From Candidatus Latescibacterota bacterium (lineage in GTDB: Bacteria > Latescibacterota > UBA2968 > GCA-2709665): a stretch of 64,000 nt of DNA. Positions within the stretch are counted from its first letter, which is position 1. Each line of letters begins with the position of its first letter. The notes beneath the pieces are model-generated. The model ran no database searches, was not told the origin of the DNA, and saw nothing but the letters and a program-made list of their open reading frames with translations. Of this stretch, positions 29,132 through 39,996 are shown one piece after another. The stretch is from positions 5,536,001 through 5,600,000 of the forward strand of contig OZ244744.1 in NCBI GenBank assembly GCA_965219455.1. The letters run 5' to 3'. Made by a program: the position numbers and the translations under genes.

Positions 29132-31777
29132 TCAAGGGGTAAGCGTCCGGGCAATACGGAAACCGATGACGTCGTTCCGTTTGCCGGCGGTGTTCCCGTC
29201 GCGGTCCGCGGCGCGGAGGTTCCCCGGGTAGACGTACCACGAGCCGCCGCGCAACACGCGCTTCGAACAATCGCCCCGCTCCCACGCTGATCCTTCCGCA
29301 GGCGCACCCGTATAGCTGTCGTTCCCGCAATCCTCAACCCACTCCCATACGTTCCCGTGCACGTCATACAAGCCCCACCCATTGGCGCTGAAACTGCCCA
29401 CAGATACCGTCTTTTCCCGATACAAACCCTTGCGACCGCCGCCGTACGTATGTTTGCCATTATAATTCGCCTGATCCGTCGATATTGTCGATCCAAAATG
29501 AAACGGGGTCGTTGTTTCCGCACGAGCAACGTACTCCCATTCCGACTCACTCAACAAGCGATACCTTGCACCCGTCTTTTCCGACAACCACTGAACGTAC
29601 AACTGCGCGTCATCCCAACTCACGTTGATCACCGGGCGATTCCCGCGCCCCCAGCCCCTGTCGCTGGGACGATATCCCCCGCAACCCCCAGCGGACGCGC
29701 ACGCGTCCCACTGTGCAAACGTCACTTCATACACTCCAACCGCAAACCGATAACCGATCACCACGCGATGGCGCGGACCCTCGTTATCGTAACGTCCCTC
29801 CTCGCCGCCGGGAGACCCCATCATGAATGAGCCCGACGGTACCACCACCATCTCCGGACAATCCGCGCAGTCCCTGAATTTTCCGCCTACAGTCCCACGC
29901 AGCCGCTGGGCCTCACGCCCTGCCGACAGACCACGCACCAATCCGGACAACGTTGACGCTTCCGCATCGACTGCGCGTAATGAATCCACATAGCCATCGG
30001 CCCTGTCAAATGCCTCATCTTCCAGGGCTTCCTCAAACTTGCCCTTATACCGCTCGATCTTAGCCTGGCGAAGACGTTCTGCTTCCTCTGCAGCCCTGCG
30101 TGCACGCTCGGCTTCCTGACGACTTCGCTCCGCCGCGCGTGCAGACGACAGACGATCTCCCAACTGTGACAACAAGCGAGCAGATGCATTGACAGAGCGC
30201 AGCGATTCCACGTACCTGCCCGCTGCATCGAAATCCTTTCGGCCGAGCGATTCCTCGAATTTTCGTTTGAAATCCGCCACTTTGGCCTGATGAAGGCGTT
30301 CCGCCTCTTCCGCTGCCAGCCGCTCCCTTCGCGCTTCCCGCTGACGACGCTGTTCCGCACCGCGCGCAGCAGACAGACGGTCTGTCAGGCTCGACAATAC
30401 GGGCGCATCGACCCACGCGCCCCGTATGCGAGACACATATTCTTCCGCCTTGTCGAACTCCTTGGTACGCAATGACGCATCAAACTTCGTCACGTAGCGG
30501 CCGATTACGCTGTCCAGTCCCGCGCTCGCCTCCTTCTGACCGGGCGCCAGGGCCAATACCTCCTGGTATTTCTCCCAGGCATTATTGCCCGCGGGACTCG
30601 TCAGCCGGTCCCGCGCCAGGTCTTCCGCAGCACCGGACAATAGCGCGGAGATCTTCGCTGTTTGTTCCCCTTCCTGCGCCTGCCGGCGCTGCGCCGGCAG
30701 ATGGATGTTCTCATAGTAGTAATAGCCCCCGCCGATCAGAAGCGCCAACACACATACGAGAACGGCGGCGAACAACGGTCCTTTGCGCTTCCCGGGCTGC
30801 CTGACGGGTGAATCATTGACGATCTCGCGCTGCCGTGATCTCGGTGGGCGACCCTTTGCGGGCTTGACGACCGGCCGCGGTTTCTTCGCGGTGCCCGGCG
30901 TCTTTCCGGAAAGCGTAGTACGCCACGCGCCCACGCTCTGCGGGCGGTCCCTTTCATCCACCTTTAATGCCCAATCTATCGCCGCCAGAAATCCGGCGCT
31001 CGCCTGACCCGCGCAACGCTCGGCCACCGGCGTCAGCGGATCATTGCGTACCCGATCGGTCGCATCGTCCGGGACGTCACCCGTCAGCGCGTGGTAGCAG
31101 ACAGCGCCCAGCGCATACACGTCCGTCCAGGGCCCCTGGTCGCCGCGACTGGAATACTGCTCGATGGGCGCGTAACCCGGTGTGATGATCGACGTAACCG
31201 AGCGGCTGCGCGCCCCGATCGCCTGCCGCGCCGCGCCGAAGTCCAGCAGTACCGGCGAATTGTCCTCGTCACGGATGATGATATTGCCGGGTTTGACGTC
31301 ACGGTGCAGAAAATCAGCCCCGTGAACCACTTCCAGACCATCCAGGATCGGATATAGGATCGCCTTCAGTTCCTCTTCGTCCAACGTCTTTCTGCTTCTC
31401 AGGACCTGGGAAAGCGTCTCCCCCTCGGCGTATTCCATCACGATATATGCCGTGCTGTGCGCTTCGAAAAAGTGATGCACGCGCACGATATTGGCATGCT
31501 GGAAACGCGCCAGTATCCGCGCTTCATCCAGGAACCGGTCCAGGCCCCATTTGAAATCCGCGGACGCTTCCGACGACTGCGGGACCACCGACATGTCGTT
31601 TTCCCGCGTCGCGAGATCGGATGGCAGATACTCTTTGATCGCCACGGGGATATCCAGCGCGATATTCCACCCCAGATAGGTGATCCCGAATCCGCCCTGG
31701 CCCAATACACGGTGAAACTCGAAGTCCTGTATTCGCGTGCCCTGTGGAAGCGCCAACCGGTGGTGCGCGTCGTTCAT
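29132..31777 (-). CDS. Receptor Ser/Thr kinase - TM - stalk - FGE-sulfatase protein, paralog 4
   Basis: Full kinase and FGE motifs; distinct kinase N-lobe (MNDAHHRLALPQGTRIQDFEF). Confidence 0.93.
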   Translation of the reverse strand: MNDAHHRLALPQGTRIQDFEFHRVLGQGGFGITYLGWNIALDIPVAIKEYLPSDLATRENDMSVVPQSSEASADFKWGLDRFLDEARILARFQHANIVRVHHFFEAHSTAYIVMEYAEGETLSQVLRSRKTLDEEELKAILYPILDGLEVVHGADFLHRDVKPGNIIIRDEDNSPVLLDFGAARQAIGARSRSVTSIITPGYAPIEQYSSRGDQGPWTDVYALGAVCYHALTGDVPDDATDRVRNDPLTPVAERCAGQASAGFLAAIDWALKVDERDRPQSVGAWRTTLSGKTPGTAKKPRPVVKPAKGRPPRSRQREIVNDSPVRQPGKRKGPLFAAVLVCVLALLIGGGYYYYENIHLPAQRRQAQEGEQTAKISALLSGAAEDLARDRLTSPAGNNAWEKYQEVLALAPGQKEASAGLDSVIGRYVTKFDASLRTKEFDKAEEYVSRIRGAWVDAPVLSSLTDRLSAARGAEQRRQREARRERLAAEEAERLHQAKVADFKRKFEESLGRKDFDAAGRYVESLRSVNASARLLSQLGDRLSSARAAERSRQEAERARRAAEEAERLRQAKIERYKGKFEEALEDEAFDRADGYVDSLRAVDAEASTLSGLVRGLSAGREAQRLRGTVGGKFRDCADCPEMVVVPSGSFMMGSPGGEEGRYDNEGPRHRVVIGYRFAVGVYEVTFAQWDACASAGGCGGYRPSDRGWGRGNRPVINVSWDDAQLYVQWLSEKTGARYRLLSESEWEYVARAETTTPFHFGSTISTDQANYNGKHTYGGGRKGLYREKTVSVGSFSANGWGLYDVHGNVWEWVEDCGNDSYTGAPAEGSAWERGDCSKRVLRGGSWYVYPGNLRAADRDGNTAGKRNDVIGFRIARTLTP
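29142..29262 (-). repeat. DGR variable region VR4 (second template family)
   Basis: Colinear with the TR; variation at TR adenines plus fixed non-A differences (ctc cgc gcc, aac, ggt ttc) shared with VR8. Confidence 0.8.
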
Positions 31778-32214
31778 GGTGATATCCTCACGGTTTGTGC
31801 AACTCCCCGCAAACTACGAGTTTGCGGCACGCATTGAGTTCACGTGGCGCTTTTTGCTACAGTTTTAGTTGCGCGGCGCCCGCGCTTCGGTTCAGAATGA
31901 CAGGCCGGTCGATCACCATCCGCGTATCGTGTGCCACACACCTGCGCCCGGATTGCCATGCTGAGGAAGCCTACAAGGCCGACGATGCGTCCGCGTCAAT
32001 GTTCGTCGATCAAGGGCACGCGCTCATGGGTCAATCGCACGTACGGGAGATTCTTCGACTCCGCTCAGAATGACATGCTTTGCAGTAACCATTGGCGAAT
32101 CGTGTCGGTCACACGTTGACCAAGACTGTCATGCTGAGGAGGCCGTCAGGCCGACGAAGCATCTCCTGCGGCGTCGGATCATGCATACGCGTCTGTTTCT
32201 GGGATCTCCTTGAC

Positions 32215-32550
32215 GCGCAGCACCGCCGCGACCACGGTCGACCCCATCCCCTTCATTGCGGGGTTTTCGCTCGTCGCGTCGACGAGGGCGTCATTGGCAG
32301 CGTCGAGACAGACGCGCAGGCGATCCGGAATCGGTCCTTCCGTGCAGGGGTAGGTTTCCACGAAGGTCTTGACAACGATTCTGCTCGCCGTATCCCCGCT
32401 GACGTGCCCCCCATCCCGTCGGCAAGCACCAGCACTTCGCCGCCGCCCACCTCGACATCACCGCCCTCGATCAGGCCGTAATCGTCCTCCTGGTTTTCCC
32501 GCCCCCCGGGAATCTGCCGCGCGGCGAATCGTCCTTCCAAATTGGTTCAT
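32215..32550 (-). pseudogene. PP2C phosphatase pseudogene (two frameshifts, truncated after GSTVVAAV)
   Basis: Homologous to the 5' third of the intact PP2C genes. Confidence 0.85.
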
Positions 32551-32604
32551 GGCGTTCCTCCAGTGCAACGCAAGACCGCAGCTTTTTCATGTATAGTGTC
32601 GTCA

Positions 32605-32692
32605 ATCACGGTACGTTGCGGTGTCCCTCGCCCACGGGCGCGGGGCAAGAGGGACACCACCCCCACCTCATCATGACCGTCCCAGGACGCTC
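32605..32692 (-). other. Remnant of DGR TR-downstream spacer (second, lost cassette)
   Basis: 78/88 identity to 22791-22878 and the same position upstream of a PP2C gene. Confidence 0.8.
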
Positions 32693-32984
32693 ATTTAGGT
32701 GTGTTTCCACGCTCCAAATTATTTATAAGGCGACTGATTCGATTTTCCATCCCTGCTAGGTTTGTCTCTGCGTTGTCCACCCGCGACTTTAAATTGTCCT
32801 CTGCGTTGTCCACCCGCGACTTTAAATTGTCCTCTGTATGGCCAATTCGTTTCATCAGGCGACGTTCTACGTTGTCGATATGCTCGGCAAGTCGATCCTC
32901 TGTACGGGCTTGCATGGTCCAGATGAAAACCATAATGGTAAGTCCTAAAGAAACCAGACTGGTAATTGTTCCGACCCGACCCAT
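32691..32984 (-). CDS. Small TM plus coiled-coil hypothetical protein
   Basis: N-terminal hydrophobic helix; 33-bp tandem duplication encoding EDNLKSRVDNA. Confidence 0.6.
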   Translation of the reverse strand: MGRVGTITSLVSLGLTIMVFIWTMQARTEDRLAEHIDNVERRLMKRIGHTEDNLKSRVDNAEDNLKSRVDNAETNLAGMENRISRLINNLERGNTPK

Positions 32985-33120
32985 AGTGACTTCCTTTCAC
33001 TTAACGTGTGAGAACAAGCCGCGGAGGACGGTAACGCACGGCCGTTCGTTGAGTAATAGCGATCTTCAAACATTCGCAGAGAGATATTGTCGAACAATTC
33101 ACCGGACGTACTAAGGTTTG

Positions 33121-33290
33121 GGGCTGTCAGGATTTTTGTGTAAGTAGTGTTGGTGGATTAATGAAAAGGCACGCAATCTTCGTACACGATGGCGAAGCGA
33201 TTCAGTGCGACTTTCGAGCTGGTTATGGGTTTGGTCCATTGTTTGCCGACGTTGTGAAGGGCCAGAAACAGTAGCTCGATGGCGGTTCCA
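33121..33290 (-). mobile_element. IS256-family remnant (transposase C-terminus and right end)
   Basis: Minus-strand translation LFLALHNVGKQWTKPITSSKVALNRFAIVYED followed by acttacacaaaaatcctgacagccc, a typical IS256 terminal repeat. Confidence 0.75.
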
Positions 33291-33323
33291 TCGGACCTGG
33301 CTCCCTTACTTTTCCACATCGCT

Positions 33324-33944
33324 TCAGGCTTCGTTGTCGGTTTCCGTTACGCTGAACTTGATCTTATACCTTCCTTCTTTTTCCTCACCTGAGATACAGA
33401 GTTCCTCTTGGTCCGTATGTTTGAATTTGTGCGATCCTCTGAACAGGACTTTATCACTCCCTGCAATCTTTCTCAGGAGCAGAGCGTGCACATCGTCTGC
33501 AGCACCTCCCAAAGGTAGGGATAGGCCCGAATCACCTGGGATATGGCCCTTTATCTTTCCGATTACAGCTCCTACAAACCCCTTGGTGAGTTTCTCAAAC
33601 CTTTCCCAAGTACCTTTCCTGTCGACATCGAACACCGTGAACTGAATAGAGTGAAGACTTTTTCCATTAACCCTTTGGATATGCTGATCCCATTCGCCGA
33701 CCCTAACCATATCGAATTGAACGTATCTTTCCGTGTCATCACCACGAACATAGTTCGGCTCGCCGTATTTATCATTGGCGCACTCCCAAAACGCATGCAG
33801 GCTCGGCATAACCCGACTTTTTTCGTCGAGCTGGTTGTCTTCGTTGACGAACCTCAAGTCCACAACAAACCGAAAGTTGGCGGATTTGTCGGACAACTCT
33901 TTGGGAAATAGAAACTTTTTGAGAGTGAGTTCAAACGTTTTCAT
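33324..33944 (-). CDS. Hypothetical protein
   Basis: Lower-GC ORF with AAGGAGG RBS before ATG 33944; no motif recognised. Confidence 0.7.
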   Translation of the reverse strand: MKTFELTLKKFLFPKELSDKSANFRFVVDLRFVNEDNQLDEKSRVMPSLHAFWECANDKYGEPNYVRGDDTERYVQFDMVRVGEWDQHIQRVNGKSLHSIQFTVFDVDRKGTWERFEKLTKGFVGAVIGKIKGHIPGDSGLSLPLGGAADDVHALLLRKIAGSDKVLFRGSHKFKHTDQEELCISGEEKEGRYKIKFSVTETDNEA

Positions 33945-34034
33945 GTGAGATCCCTCCTTAGACCGCGAAACGGCAGTGAATTTTGCGAACCGCGTCATTG
34001 ATGACCTGCGGCGGTGATCGATCCTACCACAGTC

Positions 34035-34268
34035 CTATTTCTCCGCGAATTTTTGTACTGCTTTAGGCGCAAAGGCAGCCACTAAGAAATACAGAACAAG
34101 CTCTGTCTTGCCTGCACTCGATCCCAATTCAAATATCTCCACTGCTGCCAATCCGCCTGCAATTAACAACGCCAACATGGACATTAGCCGCATAGACGAC
34201 GGGTTCCCGTCACCATCCGACAAATATCTTTTGCATTTGGTGGGATTGCTTGTCTGAATGTCGCACAT
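34035..34268 (-). CDS. Small 2-TM membrane protein (holin-like)
   Basis: AGGAGG RBS; DGNPSSMRLM...two hydrophobic helices...KAVQKFAEK. Confidence 0.55.
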   Translation of the reverse strand: MCDIQTSNPTKCKRYLSDGDGNPSSMRLMSMLALLIAGGLAAVEIFELGSSAGKTELVLYFLVAAFAPKAVQKFAEK

Positions 34269-34769
34269 ATTGAATCCTCCTGACGATTTTAGAGACAACT
34301 CACCAAGTGAAGACACTTACGTTACTACCAAAGCATGCCGAATTTGAGGCACGTTTACGGTTACACTGAATTGCATTATTACGTCTAAATTGCACTCCTT
34401 TCCGAACTAGAGGCCAGAGGTCCGCCCGCCTTGAAATTGCCTCTTATTACCTGGAGCAGTAAATAGTTGACATCTATTGCGCCTGCTACGGTGGAGAGGA
34501 ACTTGCCCAAACGGGGACGCTGAGCTTGTCGAAGCGCCCGCGTTTCGGCACGTTTTTTCCTTCGCCGACCCTTCGACAAGCTCAGGGAGCGGCCCAGGGT
34601 GCCGGGTCAATGTTGTTGACAAAAGGTAAACTATCGGGTGCTCCCCGTGATATCTCACCTCCCGCTTCTCGTTTCGTCTGCACCGTCACACAGTTCATTG
34701 ATTTTCCGGTCTTGCTGTTCGCCTTTTGCTTCAAGCTGAATGCTGACGGCTGTACGCTGACGGCTTGTT

Positions 34770-37460
34770 TTACGGTGTAAGCGTCCGGGCAACTCGGAAG
34801 CCATTAATGATGATCCGCCACCGGTTAGGTTTCTCGAGGCCAAGCGCCCATTGGAACAGGTTTGAGCCCTCGAGCTTGCCACGAGCCGCCGAACGGAGAC
34901 CCCCGGGTCCGTGCAACCACGAACCGCCGCGAAACACGCGCCTTGAACAGTTACCGTGTTCCCACGCCGTTCCATCTGCAGGCGCTCCTGTATAACTGTC
35001 GTTCCAGCAGTCCTCCACCCACTCCGACACGTTCCCGTGAACGTCATATAGACCCCACGCATTGACGTTGAAACTACCTACAGATACCGTCTTTTCCCGA
35101 TACATGCCCTTGCGACCACCGCCATAGGTGTAGTCGCCATCGTAATTCGCTTGAGATGTCGAAATCGTCGTACCAAAATGAAACGGGGTCGTTGTTCCCG
35201 CACGCGCCACGTACTCCCATTCCGACTCACTCAACAGGCGGTACTGTTTACCCGTCCTTTGCGACAGCCATCGCACGTACGACTGCGCGTCGTTCCAACT
35301 CACGTTAATCACCGGCCGATTCCCGCGACCCCATCGCTTATCTTTCGGACGATGTCCTCCACAACCCCCGGCAGACACGCACGCATCCCATTCCGCAAAC
35401 GTCACCTCATACACACCCACCGAGAACCGATAGTCGATCCGCACACGATGCCGTGGACCCTCATCATCGTCACGCCCCGCCTCACTTCCGGGAGATCCCA
35501 TCATGAACGATCCCGATGGTACCACCACGATCTGGGGACATTCCGCACAGTCCCTGAATACCCTGCCTACTGCGTATTCACGCGCTTTTAATAATCGTCC
35601 CGTCAACTCCGACATCACTGACTCATCCATGTCAATTGCCCGCAGCGAATCCAAATACGCTCCCGCCTTATCCAATGCCTCTTCTTCCAGCGCTTCCTCA
35701 AACTTCCTCTTATATTCCGCAATTTTGTCCTGACGTAGACGTTCTGCCTCCTCTTCAGCCAGCCTTGCCATTTCCGCTTCCTGACGCCGCCGTTCGGCTT
35801 CCTGATGACGCTGTTCCGCCTCACGCGCCGCAGACAGGCGACCTGCCAACTCTGACAATAGGGGAGCAGATGCATTCACAGCACGTAGCGAATCCACGTA
35901 ACGACCAGCGGTATCGAAATCCTTCCGGCCCAGTGACTGATTATATTTTCCCTTGTATTCCGCCAATTTATCCTGGCGTAGACGTTCCGCCTTCTCGGCG
36001 GCCAACAGTGCGCGTTGCTTCTCCTGACGCCGTTGTTCCGCTACACGCGCCGCGGACAGGCGATCTTCCACGCCCGCCAATGCCGGCGCGTCGGCCCACA
36101 CACCCCATATCCGCGACACGTACTCATCCGCCTTATCGAAATCCTTCTCCCGCACCGACGCCTCGAACTTCGCCACGTAACGCCCGATCACGCTATCCAG
36201 ACCGGCGCTCGCTTGCTTGTGGCCGGGGTCCAATGCCAACACGGCCTGGTATTTCTCCCACGCATTGTTGCCCGCAGGACTCGTCAGACGATCCTGCACC
36301 AAGTCTTCAACAGCACCGGACATTAACGCGGATATCTTCGCATCCTGTTCCGCTTCTTGCGCCGGCCGACGCCGATCCGGACGATGGATGTTCTCATAGT
36401 AGTAATAGCCACCTCCGATCAGAAGCGCGAACACGCACAAGACCGCAGCGAACACCGCCCCGGTGCGTTTCCTTTTCCGCCTGACGGGTGGTATAACCGC
36501 CCGTCCGCTCCGCCTTGGTGCCACGGGGCGACCCTTAGCGGGCTCTGCGGCTGGACGCGGTTTCTTCGCGGTGCCCGGCGTCTTTCCGGAAAGCGCACTA
36601 CGCCACGCGCCCACGCTCTGCGGGCGGTCCCCCTCATCCACCTTCAACGCCCAATCTACCGCCGCCAGAAATCCTGCGCTCGCCTGACCCACGCCACACT
36701 CGGCCACGGGCGTCAATGGATCATTGCGCACCCGATCCGTCGCATCGTCCGGGACGCGACCCGTCAGCGCGTGGTAGCACACCGCGCCCAGCGCGTAAAC
36801 GTCCGTCCAGGGTCCCTGGTCGCCGCGACTGGAATACTGCTCGATCGGCGCGTAGCCCGGCGTGATAATCGACGTGACAGATCGGCTGCGCGAACCGATC
36901 GCCTGCCGCGCCGCGCCGAAGTCCAGCAGCACCGGCGACCTGTCTTCGTCACGGATGATGATATTACCGGGCTTGACGTCGCGGTGCAGAAAGTCAGCCC
37001 CGTGCACCAGCTCCAGGCCGTCCAGGATCGGATAGAGGATGGCCTTAAGATCCTCTTCGTTCAACGTCTTTCTGCTTCTCAGGACCTGGGAAAGCGTCTC
37101 CCCCTCGGCGTATTCCATCACGATATACGCCGTGCCGTGCGCCTCGAAAAACCGATACACGCCTATAATGTTGGGATGGTGGAAGCGGGCAAGGGTGCGC
37201 GCCTCGTCCAGGAATCGTTCCAGGCCCCACTCGAAGTCACCCCGGAACTGGCTCGCTTTCGGGACCACGCTGTTGTCGCCCGTGCGCGCGGCGATATCGT
37301 CCGGGAGATATTCCTTGACCGCAACCCCTTTGTCCAGGTTGTGGTCAAAACCCAGATACGTCATCCCGAAGCCGCCGAAACCGAGAACCCGCACGAGTTC
37401 GTATTCCTGCAGCCGATAGCCCTGGGGCAGGGCGTTAAGAGGATGTTGCGCGTCGTTCAT
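34770..37460 (-). CDS. Receptor Ser/Thr kinase - TM - stalk - FGE-sulfatase protein, paralog 5
   Basis: Full motifs; VR-equivalent segment is diverged and carries an insertion of about 13 aa. Confidence 0.92.
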   Translation of the reverse strand: MNDAQHPLNALPQGYRLQEYELVRVLGFGGFGMTYLGFDHNLDKGVAVKEYLPDDIAARTGDNSVVPKASQFRGDFEWGLERFLDEARTLARFHHPNIIGVYRFFEAHGTAYIVMEYAEGETLSQVLRSRKTLNEEDLKAILYPILDGLELVHGADFLHRDVKPGNIIIRDEDRSPVLLDFGAARQAIGSRSRSVTSIITPGYAPIEQYSSRGDQGPWTDVYALGAVCYHALTGRVPDDATDRVRNDPLTPVAECGVGQASAGFLAAVDWALKVDEGDRPQSVGAWRSALSGKTPGTAKKPRPAAEPAKGRPVAPRRSGRAVIPPVRRKRKRTGAVFAAVLCVFALLIGGGYYYYENIHRPDRRRPAQEAEQDAKISALMSGAVEDLVQDRLTSPAGNNAWEKYQAVLALDPGHKQASAGLDSVIGRYVAKFEASVREKDFDKADEYVSRIWGVWADAPALAGVEDRLSAARVAEQRRQEKQRALLAAEKAERLRQDKLAEYKGKYNQSLGRKDFDTAGRYVDSLRAVNASAPLLSELAGRLSAAREAEQRHQEAERRRQEAEMARLAEEEAERLRQDKIAEYKRKFEEALEEEALDKAGAYLDSLRAIDMDESVMSELTGRLLKAREYAVGRVFRDCAECPQIVVVPSGSFMMGSPGSEAGRDDDEGPRHRVRIDYRFSVGVYEVTFAEWDACVSAGGCGGHRPKDKRWGRGNRPVINVSWNDAQSYVRWLSQRTGKQYRLLSESEWEYVARAGTTTPFHFGTTISTSQANYDGDYTYGGGRKGMYREKTVSVGSFNVNAWGLYDVHGNVSEWVEDCWNDSYTGAPADGTAWEHGNCSRRVFRGGSWLHGPGGLRSAARGKLEGSNLFQWALGLEKPNRWRIIINGFRVARTLTP

Positions 37461-37550
37461 GGTGGTAACCTCACGGTTTGTTCAATTGCGAAACCAATCC
37501 GGGGAGGGCAAGATGCCCTCGGTCCCGGGTAGAAGCGGTCAGCGATCAGC

Positions 37551-38307
<757 letters not shown>

Positions 38308-38797
38308 AGGAAGCAGACAGCTACAACCGGTTAACGATGCGGACATGCAAATTCGATCAGCGACGTCTGCGCCAACACGTGGGCAACCACAAGGGTTGCC
38401 CCTACAGCTTCAAAGACGGCGCTACGAGGGCAGGGATGCCCTCGATCCCGGGGGAACCTCGCGGGCAGAAACTCTCGCCCATATATCTCAGCGGCTACCG
38501 TCGATGCGTCCGCGCACAGGTTCGAATACTATGGTTTGTGGTAGAGGTACTATCGCGGAAACGGGAGATTCTTCGACTTCGCTCAGAATGACATGTCTAT
38601 TAACAACCATCGGCCAGATGCATTGGCCATTCGTTGGCTCGGACTTCCATGCCTGAGGAAGCTTGCAGGCTGACGAAGCATCTCCTGATACATATCAACT
38701 ACAATCCCGCTGTGACAACGCTTTACCCGAAAGGCTGATTCGGGTATTATTATCCGTAAATTCGCTTTGAATTTGCTACGAATTGAAAGACATAATC

Positions 38798-39180
38798 GTG
38801 CCGGCAGACACCAATCCAACCACGCGATACAGAGGGATTCCGGGACAGGTCAACACACCCCTGGTATTCTTTCCCTGGCGCTTCTGGTCATTGAAGGTAT
38901 CATTGGATTTACTCTCGTCAATTCCAGACTCGACGCTGTACAACAATTCAACGTGATCTTGATCATGGCCGCCTTGTTTATGGCCGTTATCCTTGTTGTT
39001 GCGTATATTACGGTGAAATATCCGCTGAACTTAATGGATAAAGTGAACGAGAGCCTGGGACGCAATGAACTAATGGAAAAATACCTTGAAAGTGACGCGT
39101 TTAGAGACACTGTCGCAGATATCGTAGATGACATAGTCAAGAGGTCGCAGCCCGCGGAGGAGAAAAATGGATCTGAATGA
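38798..39180 (+). pseudogene. Small 2-TM membrane protein, frameshifted (copy 2)
   Basis: 1-nt deletion near 38872 relative to copy 1; downstream part intact. Confidence 0.6.
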
Positions 39181-39436
39181 ACGGGAGACAATAAAGGATA
39201 TCGTCAGAGTCATCTATCACTCGAACGGTGACTGGCGCACACCCGGGGGTATAGCGCGAGACCTTGGAATCTCGTCTGAAACGGTGACCCACGTTGTCAA
39301 AAGCCATCCCGATTTCTTCATTATGGCGAGTGACGGACGGGTGAAATATGCGCTTCGACCCGCTGGTCTCGATCCGGTATCGCTTACTGAAAGCGCGCGA
39401 AGACAATATACCCAGGGGATGGCGCCGACTTCCTGA
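39167..39436 (+). CDS. Small putative winged-HTH protein (copy 2)
   Basis: Near-identical to 28506-28775. Confidence 0.6.
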   Translation: MDLNERETIKDIVRVIYHSNGDWRTPGGIARDLGISSETVTHVVKSHPDFFIMASDGRVKYALRPAGLDPVSLTESARRQYTQGMAPTS

Positions 39437-39557
39437 CGATAGACGCTGAGGCCATCCTTCCCGTCTCGCGCGATCGGTCGCATCGACCATAAAGTGGCTG
39501 TAGACTTTCTGCTGATTGCTGATCTTGCGCGGACGACCCGTTCGAAACAGGTAGAAA

Positions 39558-39827
39558 ATGGATCCAGGTAAGCGAGAAGCCATAAAGGATATCGTCAGCG
39601 TTATCTTTCACTCGAACGGTGACTGGCGTACGCCCGGGGGCATTGCGAGAGATCTCGGAATCTCGTCTGAAACGGTGACCCACGTCGTCAAAAGCCATCC
39701 CGATTTCTTCATTCTGGCGAGCGACGGACGGGTGAAATATGCTATCCGTCTCGGCGGTTACGACGGCGTGTCGCTAACCGAGCGTGCGCCTGACCTGTAC
39801 CGCAGTGAGTTGACGCTGAGTTCCTGA
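39558..39827 (+). CDS. Small putative winged-HTH protein (copy 3)
   Basis: Tandem paralog of 39167-39436. Confidence 0.6.
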   Translation: MDPGKREAIKDIVSVIFHSNGDWRTPGGIARDLGISSETVTHVVKSHPDFFILASDGRVKYAIRLGGYDGVSLTERAPDLYRSELTLSS

Positions 39828-39996
39828 CCCCTCGACGCTGATTCTCACCCACGTCCCGGTGTATACTTGCCGTTTCTCGCTTTTCGCGTCCACCATCTCG
39901 GTTATCGCTGTTTCTGCGCCGCCTGTGGGCCTGTTGATTTTCGGGTTTCGCTGTTCGCCTTATGCTTCAAGCTGAATGCTGAAGGCTGTACGCTGA

